A stretch of 64,000 nt of DNA from an uncultured delta proteobacterium (GTDB lineage Bacteria > Desulfobacterota > BSN033 > UBA1163), in contig CAVPSJ010000005.1 of assembly GCA_963708295.1 (NCBI GenBank), positions 108,356 through 172,355 on the forward strand, in the 5' to 3' direction. Positions 53,748 through 64,000 of the stretch are shown here, one piece after another; position 1 is the first letter of the stretch, and every line of letters begins with the position of its first letter. The position numbers were made by a program, and so were the translations under genes. The notes under the pieces are model-generated. The model was not told the origin of the DNA and searched no databases. It saw nothing but the letters and a program-made list of their open reading frames with translations.

Positions 53748-54722
53748 ATGAAACGTCTCATTCTTGCCACCGCTTTCATTTTAATGGTTTATGGAATCAG
53801 TATTGGAATCCCGCCGGTTCAGGCGCAGCCTTACCCGGCTCGGCCGATCCAGCTCATTATCCCGTTGGTCGCCGGTTCTGCCCTGGACGTAAACGGCAGG
53901 ATTTTCGCTGAAGAATTTGGGAAAGCTCTTGGAACACAAGTTGTGCCGGTGAACAAACCAGGAGGATCATTGACTCTCGGCACAGATGTAGTGGCCAAGA
54001 GTAAAAAGGATGGATACACGCTTGCCTATACGAACACCACAGCCATCATCTATGCCCGAATTCTCAATCCCGAGATCGTTCCCTACGATCCGGTCAAGGA
54101 CCTGGAGCCCTTGGGTCTGCACTGTTTCTTCCCTCTGGCGGGCGCGGTGCAGGAAGGCTCCCCCTGGAAAACCTTTTCCGAATTAATAGAGTATGCCAAG
54201 AAGAATCCGGGGAAACTTCGTGTGGCGACCCATGGTCAAGGTTCCATTGACCACTTCAATTTGGAGATCATTCAATCCTTGACCGGCGCACAATTTACCC
54301 ATGTTCCTTTCAAAGGCGGCGAACAGGTCGTCAGTGCCCTGTTAGGGGGGCACGTTGAGGTCATCTTTCATGCTTTCGGTCAGGTCATGCCCCAGGTCGA
54401 GGCCAAAAAGATGCGGATTCTCTTGGTCACGAACAAAACGGCCGACTTTCCCAATCTTCCCACGCTCCCGGAATTTGGCTACAAACAGGATCTGTTGTCA
54501 GCCTGGTTCGCATTGTTTGGACCGGCAGGACTCCCGGAGGATGTGAAGAAGGTATTGGTGCCCGCCATCGAGAAGGTGGTCAGGAATCCCGAGCTGAAGG
54601 CGAAGGTTGAGAAGATGGGATTTATTGTCAATTATAAGTCTCCTGCTGAACTCAAGAAACTGATGGTGGAAGACTACGAAAGAGCCATGGAGATCGCCAT
54701 AAAAGTGGGGTTGCGTAAGTAA
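53748..54722 (+). CDS. tripartite tricarboxylate transporter substrate-binding protein (TctC/Bug)
   Basis: Signal peptide, YPARPIQLIIP, NKPGG, DGYTL, HVPFKGG, LLGGHV, PTLPE. Confidence 0.92.
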   Translation: MKRLILATAFILMVYGISIGIPPVQAQPYPARPIQLIIPLVAGSALDVNGRIFAEEFGKALGTQVVPVNKPGGSLTLGTDVVAKSKKDGYTLAYTNTTAIIYARILNPEIVPYDPVKDLEPLGLHCFFPLAGAVQEGSPWKTFSELIEYAKKNPGKLRVATHGQGSIDHFNLEIIQSLTGAQFTHVPFKGGEQVVSALLGGHVEVIFHAFGQVMPQVEAKKMRILLVTNKTADFPNLPTLPEFGYKQDLLSAWFALFGPAGLPEDVKKVLVPAIEKVVRNPELKAKVEKMGFIVNYKSPAELKKLMVEDYERAMEIAIKVGLRK

Positions 54723-54783
54723 TAACACGAAAACATTTTTCAGCTGAGAGAGACGATTTTGCTCTTATAGGAGGAGTGCAGGT

Positions 54784-55771
54784 ATGAAAATCGATATTTA
54801 TTCTCATTTAATTCCGCCAAAGTTAAAAGATCTTATGTTTCAAAAACAAAAAACCATACGCGAATTACAGACGAACCTGAGTCTTTATGATCTGGATACC
54901 CGATTTCGTATCATGGATCGATACCCGGATTTGGTTCAGGTGTTGACGGTGCCGGGCGCGACGCCCGATGACCTTGCGGGTCCGAACGGTGCCGTTGACC
55001 TCTCCAAGAAAATCAACGATGAGATGGCAGAGCTTGTGGATAAATACCCTTACCGGTTCGCAGGCGGAGTGGCGGTTCTACCGATCAGCAATATCGACGC
55101 CTCACTTAATGAAATCGACAGAGCGATCAAGGAACTCAAACTTAGAGGGATTTTGTTACGCATTCCAATCAACGGTAAACCTGTCGATCGACCTGAGTTC
55201 TTCCCGTTATACGAAAAAATGTGTCAACTGAATCTACCCATCTGGTTCCACCCGCATAAAAACCCTAAAGTGCCAGACTATCCCGATGAAGCAGAATCGA
55301 AATACCTCATCTGGCATCTCTGGGGATTGGTCGTTGAATCGACCTACTTCCATGACCCGTCTTGTTTTAAGCGGCGTTCTGGAGAAATATCCTAAACTCA
55401 AGATTATCATTCATCACTGTGGGGCGATGGTGCCGTATTTTTCTGAAAGGATCGTGAATCATTACCATCAATCTGAGATGCGCAATAAGACAAACTTTAC
55501 CGTTGACCTCACCGAGCCTGTCGCAGAGTATTTCCGCAGGTTTTATACGGACACGGCACTCATCGGTAACACGCCGGCATTGATGTGCGCTCATAGTTTT
55601 TTTGGTCCGGACCACTTCCTGTTCGGCACCGATTCACCTTTTGACTCCCAGTTGGGTGATTATGGGACCAAGCGTACCATAGAAGCTGTTGAACAAATGG
55701 CAATCTCAGAAGAAGATAAAAAGAAGATATTTGAGAATAACGCTCGGAAATTATTGCGTCTGCCCGTATAG
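54784..55771 (+). CDS. amidohydrolase_2-family protein (possible decarboxylase/hydratase), frameshifted
   Basis: IDIYSH, WFHP, HHCGAMVP, FYTDTA, FGTDSPF, NARKLL. Confidence 0.85.
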
Positions 55772-55854
55772 GTCGAAGCTCTTCTGCGAGGGTTGGTTTT
55801 ATAAATTTGAAATCTGCAACTGAAATTTGAAATCAAAGCCCAACTCCCCACTTC

Positions 55855-56265
55855 TTAGCCTTGAATGATTCCCACGGCTTCGATCTCGATGAGGAACTCC
55901 TTCTTCGGCAGAGACGCTACCTGTACGACGGTGCTGGCCACAGGCTCCTCCACAAGTTCAGGGGCGTGTTCCAAGAGGTATTTTCGCTCCGTATCCCGAT
56001 ATCCCTGATAATCGCTCATATCTCTTAAGAAGGTGGTTGTCTTGACAAGATTTTTCAGAGAGCTTCCAGCCTCTCTCATCGCCGATTCGATCTGCTCAAA
56101 AGCCCTCCAGGTTTGACCTTCAATCGTGTCCGATACGGCTTCTCCCGTCTCGGAAGATCTTCCGTTCATCCCCGAAATGTAAATTGTATTCCCGACCACT
56201 ACAGCGTTGGCATAAGGCTTCTGCTTCCCGGCTACAAAGCAAGGATAGATTCTTTTTTGCATCAA
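55855..56265 (-). CDS. RidA/YjgF-family protein
   Basis: IYISG, LVKTTTFL, ASTVVQVASL, IEIEAV. Confidence 0.88.
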   Translation of the reverse strand: MMQKRIYPCFVAGKQKPYANAVVVGNTIYISGMNGRSSETGEAVSDTIEGQTWRAFEQIESAMREAGSSLKNLVKTTTFLRDMSDYQGYRDTERKYLLEHAPELVEEPVASTVVQVASLPKKEFLIEIEAVGIIQG

Positions 56266-56299
56266 ACCTCTCCTTTCATCGCTGCAAACGTATCGGATG

Positions 56300-56871
56300 T
56301 TACAACCGCATTTCCCTTTCCATCCTCCTCTTTTTCATCCAGAGGCGAATCCGTCTGGAGAGAAGGGCAAGCATGCCACCCGGAAGCCAGATCCATACAA
56401 GCTCATTTTTGAGCACAGCCCAGCCCCTGGAAGTGAAGAAAGAGTTGATTCTCATCGGCGAAACCTGGATCGGCGTCCACGGAAAGAAATACCGCTCCGA
56501 AGAGAAAGGGGATAAAAAGGCGATCCCGCGTCCGCCGTTTGTCAGGGCGTCAAGAAAGCCATGGCTCGCCCAGGCCAGAAAGAGGACGAAAAAAAAGCGA
56601 AACCAACGGCCGGAAAAAAGCGCCTCGTCTCGAAAAAAAAGAATCATCAACAGGAAGCTGATGATGAGGCCCAGGAACGGGGAGTGAAAGAACCCACGGT
56701 GGCCAAGCGCAGGGTGATTAGGGAACCCTGAAGTAATACAGAAGTGAATCCAGCGTCGGGCAGGACGGCAGTGGCGATTGCGACCGGCCAGAAGCGGCCC
56801 GGGGCGCTACCCGGGGCAAAAGCGATACTCAACGCGGCACCCGCCGCAGCATGGGAAATGATAGAGGCCAT
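56300..56871 (-). CDS. YdjM-like membrane metal-dependent hydrolase, frameshifted
   Basis: MASIISH, LPD, SHGFLDALTNGGRG, RYFFPW. Confidence 0.82.
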
Positions 56872-56990
56872 AAGATTAACTTAGCTTTTTAATGGTTCAG
56901 CAGGAAGTTTCATTCGGATTTCCAGTCCCTCAGACGAATTGAACGACCTGCCTACGCTTCAGCGTAGGTGGGAGCCTTCTTCACGGATTT

Positions 56991-57503
56991 TCATTCAAAC
57001 TTCTCCAAACAAACGATCTGATCTAACCCCTTTCTGGGCCTTGGCGAGGGATCCTCATCCGGATATCCCAATGGAATCATGGCGACCGCTCGAACGGATT
57101 TTGGAATCTCAAGAATTTTCTTAACGTTATCCTCCTCGAAGGCGCCGATCCAACAGGTCCCCAGCCCCAGTTCACATGCCTGCAAGATCATAAATGCGCA
57201 GGCAATGGATACATCCACGGTATGGGTGGGCTGACCACAGGCCATGACCGCTTTTGATTCCGTACCGCAGGCAACAAGGACGACAGGCGCTTCCCCGATG
57301 AAAGACTGCCCGAACGCAGCCCTGGCCAGTTTCTTTTTTGTTTCCTTTTCCCTGGCAACGATAAATTTCCAGTCCTGCCGGTTGCTGGCGGAAGGGGAAA
57401 GCCTTGCTGCCTCCAGTATCTTCTTCAGCTTCTCCTCTTCGACCTCTACTGCTTTGTAAGCCCTCACGCTTCTTCTTTGGCTGACGGCTGTAAAAACATC
57501 CAT
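56991..57503 (-). CDS. nitroreductase family protein
   Basis: [27 protein letters not shown]. Confidence 0.93.
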   Translation of the reverse strand: MDVFTAVSQRRSVRAYKAVEVEEEKLKKILEAARLSPSASNRQDWKFIVAREKETKKKLARAAFGQSFIGEAPVVLVACGTESKAVMACGQPTHTVDVSIACAFMILQACELGLGTCWIGAFEEDNVKKILEIPKSVRAVAMIPLGYPDEDPSPRPRKGLDQIVCLEKFE

Positions 57504-57597
57504 CTTCGTGTTTCCTCCTTGCTCATCGCAATCCGGCCACGTTTTAAACGTAAAGGGAGGTCGCGTGTTTTGAACGTAAATAAGGCGACTATCCCTC

Positions 57598-58590
57598 TCA
57601 AGTTTCTATTTCCATCAGATCCTTTCCGACGATGATCTTTCCGCCGAAGTTTTGTCCGGGGCCCTCCGTCCACATTTCTTCGGTGACCGAAGGATCGTCC
57701 GCTGGGACAAAATGCGTCAGGACAAGGGTTTTTACTCCGGCTTCCTTTGCTACCTTCCCCACGTCGATATGGGTCGTATGGGAGGCGACGATATGTTCGA
57801 GAAGCCTGTCTGCATTGGGAACGCGGGCAAGAAGTTTGGCGAGGGAGGGCTTATGAAGGACCTCGTGCACGAGGACATCGGCCCCTTGAGCGAGTTTGAT
57901 CAGATTATCAAAGGGCGTCGTGTCGCCCGAGAAGACGATCGAGGTTTTGGCGGTGTCAAACCGGTATGCGAAGGAGGGGACCACCGGCGGGTGGTTGACG
58001 AGGGCCGCCGTCACTTTCACATTTTCATCCTGCATGACCGGTCCGTTTTCCGTGATCTCGTGAACGTGGATCATGGGGGCCAGAGGAGATCTCCCTTCGT
58101 CGGGGATCCTGATGTTGATATCATAGGCATTGAGCTCAAAGAAGGCCTTCGTCATCTTCTCAAGCGGAGGGGGCCCGTAGGAGTCGATCCTTCCTTTAAA
58201 CCCGGACACCCATGCATTGTAAATAAGGTTCCCATATTCGAGATTGTGGTCAGAATGGTGATGGGTGATGAAAATGTGTTTGAGGGCCCCAAGGGAGACA
58301 CCCGCAAAGACCAGTTGCCTGCTGACACCCCCTCCACAATCGACGACGTAGGGAACGTTATTCACAATCACGACCCACGCTGACTGGTTCCGCATCTTAT
58401 TGGGGCGCGGTCCACCTCCCGTTCCCAACAAGATCAATCTTGTCCCTGATTTCTTTGTGGGAGTGAGATCCTTGGCCTGAGCAAGCGCCTCCTTTGCCAG
58501 CAGCGTACTGGCAAAAGCAGCCATCGAGCCGGTCAGGAATTGCCTTCTGGACACCCCTTTAGGTTTATCCTTTTTTTGCCGAGTAGACAT
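57598..58590 (-). CDS. Tat-exported MBL-fold hydrolase (RNase Z/AtsA-like)
   Basis: SRRQFL Tat motif, LLGTGG, THHHSDH, FSGDT, LVHE, SHT, LTHF. Confidence 0.9.
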   Translation of the reverse strand: MSTRQKKDKPKGVSRRQFLTGSMAAFASTLLAKEALAQAKDLTPTKKSGTRLILLGTGGGPRPNKMRNQSAWVVIVNNVPYVVDCGGGVSRQLVFAGVSLGALKHIFITHHHSDHNLEYGNLIYNAWVSGFKGRIDSYGPPPLEKMTKAFFELNAYDINIRIPDEGRSPLAPMIHVHEITENGPVMQDENVKVTAALVNHPPVVPSFAYRFDTAKTSIVFSGDTTPFDNLIKLAQGADVLVHEVLHKPSLAKLLARVPNADRLLEHIVASHTTHIDVGKVAKEAGVKTLVLTHFVPADDPSVTEEMWTEGPGQNFGGKIIVGKDLMEIET

Positions 58591-58686
58591 ATCCGTGGTC
58601 TCCTTTCTTGATTATTTTTCCCGCGACAGACTTAAGCCTTGAGCCTTGCTTGCCCGCCGAATCCTCAGCATAGGCGGGACCTTTCG

Positions 58687-59325
58687 TCAGCTGAAAATTC
58701 CGACAAGCGTTAGAGTCACCAGGATTTGGGCAAGAATAACAGTGGTAATCAATCTCGGTCGGTTTGCCATATATTTTTCGATGCCGGTAACCGCAGGAAA
58801 AAACATCGAAATGTTCGCTAAATTGAATATAACGATTACGCTTAGCAAAGCCCAACTGCCTTTGTAAATCCACCAGCAAACGATCCCATACCCAATCTCC
58901 AGAATAAAAGCAACGCCAGGGTACTTCGCGTAAAGGCCAAGCCCGAATTTTGGACTCTTCACCAGAGGGGCGATGACCATATCCTTGCTGTGGGTTATCA
59001 GGTCAAGAATAAGATGGGAAACGACGCCAATGCCTACGGCAATCCCCGCGCCCGACAGACCCCATTCTTTGTTTAGAACGAGCCATGCCAATAAAGCGAC
59101 ACCGATCATCGTCAGGATGGAGTGAGAAAACGGCATGAAGGAGAGGTGAACGTCGCCGACATATCTAACCTCCTTTTCAGTCGTCGTCCGTTCAACACCC
59201 AGAAAGTTCAAAATAACCCATACGATCTCCATAAATTGAACCGATATCAATAGCCAAACGATCGGGACATGGATGAACTCCCTCTTAATGAGGAGTGCAG
59301 TTGCCGCATGATTAATTGCAAACAT
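58687..59325 (-). CDS. membrane protein (metal-dependent hydrolase-like)
   Basis: Multiple TM segments, NH, PFSHS, SHLILDLITH. Confidence 0.7.
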   Translation of the reverse strand: MFAINHAATALLIKREFIHVPIVWLLISVQFMEIVWVILNFLGVERTTTEKEVRYVGDVHLSFMPFSHSILTMIGVALLAWLVLNKEWGLSGAGIAVGIGVVSHLILDLITHSKDMVIAPLVKSPKFGLGLYAKYPGVAFILEIGYGIVCWWIYKGSWALLSVIVIFNLANISMFFPAVTGIEKYMANRPRLITTVILAQILVTLTLVGIFS

Positions 59326-59483
59326 AACTTTTCGTTCCAGTCATCTCTTTGCGCACCGGTGACTCCGTGGTTACTTAGTAATCTAATAACTCCATAACCC
59401 AATCAACCCGGTGACTCAATGACAAAAATCGAGATTCCGCATTCCCCATTGGAATGGGCCAATTCTCTTATCGGGGGATTCGC

Positions 59484-59873
59484 TCAATCCAGGACCGCGA
59501 TCGCTTCCACCTCAATCATGAAATCGGGCGATGCCAGACTCTCAATAATCATGAGCGTATTGGGAGGCATGATCTCTCCGAAGAATTCATCGCGAATCTT
59601 CTTATAACTTTCGACATTGCCGTAATGTGTCAAAATCGTGGTCGTCTTAACGATGTTCTTCAGACCGCCCCCGGCTTCCTGCAAAATGTTCTTCAGGTTG
59701 GTGTAGACCTGGCGGGCCTGGGCATCAAAATCCCCTTTCCCGACCAGCCTCCCCTGAAGGTCCCTGGCCACCTGACCCGCAATATACAGCGTCTTTCCTA
59801 CCTTCGCAACGTGCGAATATCCCCTGTCTTTTGTTTCGTGGACACTTTTCAATTTCAAAATGTCGTGGGCCAT
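59484..59873 (-). CDS. RidA/YjgF-family protein
   Basis: GYSHV, YIAGQV, PPNTL, IEVEAIA. Confidence 0.9.
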   Translation of the reverse strand: MAHDILKLKSVHETKDRGYSHVAKVGKTLYIAGQVARDLQGRLVGKGDFDAQARQVYTNLKNILQEAGGGLKNIVKTTTILTHYGNVESYKKIRDEFFGEIMPPNTLMIIESLASPDFMIEVEAIAVLD

Positions 59874-60084
59874 CGATTTCCTCCTGCATGACGTTTTACT
59901 TCTTGAATCTGAGGTTAAACCATTTCCGGCTTGAGGATCCGGTCAACGGTCGTGGCGCAAAACAAAGCGAAACAGGTGTTCATTTCCAATGGTGTCCGTA
60001 TGTTTGTCTTCCTAGATTCCAGAAAATGGGTGTGCCCCTATTTTAATTCAACCTGGCCAACACCGTCCCCTGGTCCCTTTGTTG

Positions 60085-60534
60085 TTACTCTAGGTTTTTG
60101 ACAAGTTCCTTGCCCAGCGCGAGGCACTTTTTCTTCGCTTCGTTGCTGATGGGACGTTCACCACCTACCATCTCTCCCACGTGCCGGAAGAAGCGCTGTG
60201 CAAGGGATTCGAAAGGCTGCCTCACTCTCCCACCACCCCCGCAGGAATAGAAAAGGGCAGCCGGTTTTCCCTTGACAGGCTCGCCTGATTGATCCCACAG
60301 GTAAATATCGTCGAAAAAGGTCTTCACCGTGCCCGCGACGTATGAGAAATAGTCAGGGGTTCCGATCGCAACCCCATCCGCGGACAAGAATTCTTCCAGG
60401 GTGACCCGCCGCCCGTTTGTATTAATAAGGTTAACTTCAGCCCCGGCTTCCCGAGCCCCCTCCGCAAGTGCTTCTGCAAGGATCCGGGTGTTCCCATACT
60501 GCTGGCTGTGATAAATAACAATAATTTTCCCCAT
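60085..60534 (-). CDS. flavodoxin family protein
   Basis: YHSQQYGNT..LAE, GTPDYF, KGKP. Confidence 0.85.
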   Translation of the reverse strand: MGKIIVIYHSQQYGNTRILAEALAEGAREAGAEVNLINTNGRRVTLEEFLSADGVAIGTPDYFSYVAGTVKTFFDDIYLWDQSGEPVKGKPAALFYSCGGGGRVRQPFESLAQRFFRHVGEMVGGERPISNEAKKKCLALGKELVKNLE

Positions 60535-60750
60535 CGTCTTCCTCCTCAACACTCTCCTCTAAAATATCCAGGGTCTAACCCTACAGACTTCTCCCGAGAT
60601 ACTTTGAGACGGCGTATCGGTGTCAGCTGTGCCAAAAGGGGGGCACCCTCCCCTATGTCAGCTGTCCTATTCGCCCTAAGATCTCCTTTGACTCTTGCGA
60701 TATTTTAGATTATATGAGCAGCATGATAGGTCTTACGCAAATGGCAACAT

Positions 60751-60904
60751 GCTGTTGAAAAAAAACCATCCGCAGTAGGGGACGCATCGATGCGTCCCTT
60801 GCAAAGTATTTCGCCTGCCTGCGCGTAGCCGCTTCGGCGAAGGCAGGGGCGCCTTGCATCCGAGCATGTTTAACCAGCCTGAAAAAAATAAGATTTTCAA
60901 CAGC
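60751..60904. mobile_element. MITE-like element containing REP hairpins
   Basis: TIRs GCTGTTGAAAA / TTTTCAACAGC; internal GTAG-tagged hairpin GGGACGCATCGATGCGTCCC. Confidence 0.65.
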
Positions 60905-60944
60905 CTATCAAGGGCTGATCCCACCCGCTAGGAATGGAGACAGA

Positions 60945-61928
60945 ATGCATATTTTCAATATCACCTTACAATCCGTGGCTGCTCTCCTGGCCATTGGTGT
61001 GCTGGGATTCTGGATCATCAAGCGGCATATTATACCGGAAAATATTCTCCGGTTTCTGGCTGTCCTGGCAATTGATATTGCCTTACCCTGTATCGTATTC
61101 GCCAACATCGTTACGCAATTTTCCCCATCTTCCTCTGCCAACTGGTGGCATTATCCGCTATGGTGGCTCGTATTTTCGGCTATCGCTCTGATATTAAGTC
61201 TGGTAACGATGTTTGTCTCGGCTAAAGCCACCCGCCGGGAGTTTGCCATCAGCCTCTTCTTTCAGAACGGCATATTTTTCCCCTTAATTATCATAAGCGG
61301 TATCTTTGGCCCCACGAACCCCTACATCCCCATACTTTTTATTTTTATCGCTTTTCACCCTTCGCTGTACTTCAGCACGAACCATCTCTTCTTTAAGAAA
61401 AGCACCCTTAAAGACGAGAAGAATGTTGAGGACAAAGGGAAAAAACCGCATGAGACTGGGGAGGATACTGAATCCGGTGCTCATCTCAACGGTGGCAGCG
61501 ACTGCGATCAAACTCTCCGGGGCGGACAGCCACTTGCCGACCTTTATCGTCACCGTGTTTCAGATGCTCGGCGGTATGTCCCTTCCCCTGCTCATGCTCA
61601 TCCTCGGTGGAAGCTTATATGTCGATTTCCAAAATAAGGGACCGCTTTACATCAAGGAGATTATAAAATTTGTCCTGATAAAAAACGTCATTTTCCCGCT
61701 CGTCTTTATCGCCCTGCTGGTTTTTGCACGTCCGGCTTATCCCATTGCGATGATTACTGTTTCTGGAAAGCGCTATCCCGCCCATTACAGCCATTCCCAT
61801 TGAGACCGAGCGCCAGGGGGGAAACCGGTCTATCACCAATCAATTTATCCTGGCCAGCTTCGTCTTCTCTATTCTCTCCATTCCGCTTGATGTTCAATCT
61901 ATTCACCCTGTACTTCCCAATGCCCTAA
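60945..61928 (+). CDS. AEC (auxin efflux carrier)-family transporter, frameshifted
   Basis: ALPCIVF, FQNGIFFPL, ILNP, PLLMLILG; many TM segments. Confidence 0.82.
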
Positions 61929-62167
61929 GCCCCCTCTGGATAGAACGGGAGCCATGGTCTTGCCCGGACCATACCATCCAGTCAGGTGTCACGATCTTTC
62001 TTTGAACCCTGCATCCCTTGTTTTCGTCAATTCCGCATTCCGCAACCCGGAATTTGAGACCTCTCCCCCTCTCCGCCCCGCCGCGTCACCCTATCTCCCT
62101 ATCTCCTCATCTCCCGTTCCCCCCATCTTTCTTCTCATTGGAGAGCCGGCTTGGTGACGGACGACAC

Positions 62168-62926
62168 CTAAGCATTTAGATCGATTCTGTCAAATCCGGG
62201 TCGAATGAAGGACCTCGCCTTGGGGAATGTCTCCTCGACGGCCTGCCTCAAACGGTCGAGAAAAGAGATCATTTCGAAAACCGTCTCAGCGTGAGCCTGG
62301 CCATCATGGGAAATCACCGCCCAAGCGCCGATCGAGCGGTCAATGGCAACCAGAGCGATCTTCGCCGAGCCATCCGAATCGCTTGCGAATTCATCGCCTC
62401 TCTCCTTTTCCTCCTCCATCCTCCCCCGGATCGCTCGTGTGACCTTGGCAGGAATAAAGTATTGGTACCACTGGATGACCTCGAAGGCTTCGTCGATGTC
62501 CAGCCCCCCGTTTGCCGCAAACGCAGTCTCAAGAAACAATCCCTCTTTCCCTTGAAACCAATCTCCCACCATTCTGGTGTAGCATTTAGCGGCGCGGCAA
62601 ACCACATGGTTCTTCGCAGCCTCCTCATCCGCCCGCATGCCTTCCGCGTCCCCCTCCGAATCCAAAGTCTCTAATTCTATTCCCCATTTTTCCCCTGCTT
62701 CCCTCAACAGTTCCAAGGCTTCTCCGAAGATCTCCGACAGCTTTTTCCAGAAGGCCTCATTTCGAATGTCATGCGTTTCAGGATCCGGAAACTCCTCCTC
62801 CGAAATGGAAAAATTCAGGCAGCGGGAGGTCTGCGGACAACGTTCGCACCATCGATCGCAATAATTATAAATTCCTGAGATAAACCGCTCGTCCGCAGCA
62901 AGTTTCTTAAGCCGATCCCGACTCAC
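62168..62926 (-). CDS. conserved hypothetical protein with Cys cluster
   Basis: IYNYCDRWCERC...C, VIQWY, DSDGSAKIAL, FPKARSFIRPGFD. Confidence 0.75.
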   Translation of the reverse strand: MSRDRLKKLAADERFISGIYNYCDRWCERCPQTSRCLNFSISEEEFPDPETHDIRNEAFWKKLSEIFGEALELLREAGEKWGIELETLDSEGDAEGMRADEEAAKNHVVCRAAKCYTRMVGDWFQGKEGLFLETAFAANGGLDIDEAFEVIQWYQYFIPAKVTRAIRGRMEEEKERGDEFASDSDGSAKIALVAIDRSIGAWAVISHDGQAHAETVFEMISFLDRLRQAVEETFPKARSFIRPGFDRIDLNA

Positions 62927-63212
62927 AACATCTCCTTTTTAGGAATGATTCGGATTCTAACGGAATGTTTAATTTAAATCTTATTGAGTTTTGACAGGCA
63001 AGTCAATAAGATCTGAATCGCCTCCCACTCGTCATCAACTTATTTGACTCTTGTTCATTACAACGTGAAAGAGGTTCCGAATAAGCGTTCCGCTTTGACT
63101 GCCTACTGGCAGGCAGGCGAATTCCGCAGTCGAAGGGTTGACCCCAAGCCTCTTGCCAGGTGAAGGAAAAAATGGGAAAATAGGAGCAGAATTTGAGGGA
63201 AAGGAGAGCCCC

Positions 63213-63615
63213 ATGATCGTCATGAACGCCCGTGGCGCCAAGAAAAATAAGATCGAGACCTTCCCGTACAAGGGGAAGCCTTACCAGGTCAAAGATGTCT
63301 GGATCCAATGGTTGTCACAGACGGGTCCTCAAGAGTCCCCGGATTATGGCCTTCGGTTTTTTACGATCGGACCCCGGCGAGATTCCGATCCATAACCATT
63401 TTTACGTTCAAACCATGTATATCCTGAGCGGCCGAATTGCCGTTGCTTCCCACGATCCCAAGACGGATGAGAGGCTTGAAGAGAAGATTCTGGGGCCGAA
63501 CGACTTTGTTTTTGTCCCGAGCATGGAGCCCCATAGCATGAGGAATTTGAGCGACAACGAAGACGTCACTTTCCTGTGCTGCATTGCCAACATCTACGAA
63601 GAGGAAGGAATCTAA
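63213..63615 (+). CDS. cupin domain protein, frameshifted
   Basis: LRFFTI.P..EIPIHNH...FVPSMEPHSMRN. Confidence 0.82.
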
Positions 63616-64000
63616 AAAGGAAAGCCTTGTCATTCATTGATCTGCGTTTGAAGGAGCAGAAAAGGCCCCCTTCCTCGGCGTCATTCCCACGCCACTCGAG
63701 CGCGGAAGCCTGGTAAGCAGTTGCTGCGTTTGAGCTTTATGCTCTACGCTATATTCAGCAACGTACCTCCCCAAATGCTTTGGGTTCTTGACTTAATATT
63801 AAGTCAGAAAAGACTGCCTCACTCCTTTTGTCAAATTTCAAGATCAGGCACCACTTACTCTTTTCTCTCTTGAAAGATGCCCTTTTGATGGGTGAGCCCA
63901 TTTGCTTCCCTTCCATGTTTTAGATCACTGGAATTGCGCTGCCGATTCTCCGGCGAGATATCCTGTGGAAAATGCAGCCTGCAGGTTATACCCTCCGGTC

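Noticed and set aside
28280-64000. Prophage
   Set aside because: No terminase, capsid, tail or lysis genes

Overview
This is a bacterial chromosomal segment, most consistent with Desulfobacterota (former Deltaproteobacteria), inferred from gene order and sigma54 usage. Many genes carry single-base frameshifts that look like long-read indel errors. Bases 1-28 kb are mostly core genome: Lhr helicase, glutamate dehydrogenase, a sigma54-driven Zra-like envelope-stress locus, rpsB-tsf-pyrH-frr-(ferredoxin)-uppS-cdsA-dxr-rseP-tsaB, ilvBN, psd-pssA and tRNA-Asn. From the tRNA to about 46.9 kb lies an accessory island with no recognisable integrase, closed by a 21-bp repeat of the tRNA 3' end. Its most striking structure is a 12.3-kb segment (29659-41937) bounded by perfect 20-bp inverted repeats, with an HUH/Y1 (RAYT-like) transposase copy at each end. 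That segment carries an RT-deleted group II intron, an orphan mreB, a Cpx-like two-component system, a TA pair and a DEAD-box helicase. Next to it is a cassette-like array of 39-bp repeats with two unannotated paralogous 59-aa microproteins flanking an MNT-HEPN module. Bases 47-64 kb hold metabolic accessory genes, including a pyrogallol-transhydroxylase-like Mo enzyme with TctC and an amidohydrolase. Intergenic DNA is dense in REP-like hairpins, MITEs and short tandem repeats. No CRISPR array, rRNA or prophage was seen. All calls are by eye, without database searches.
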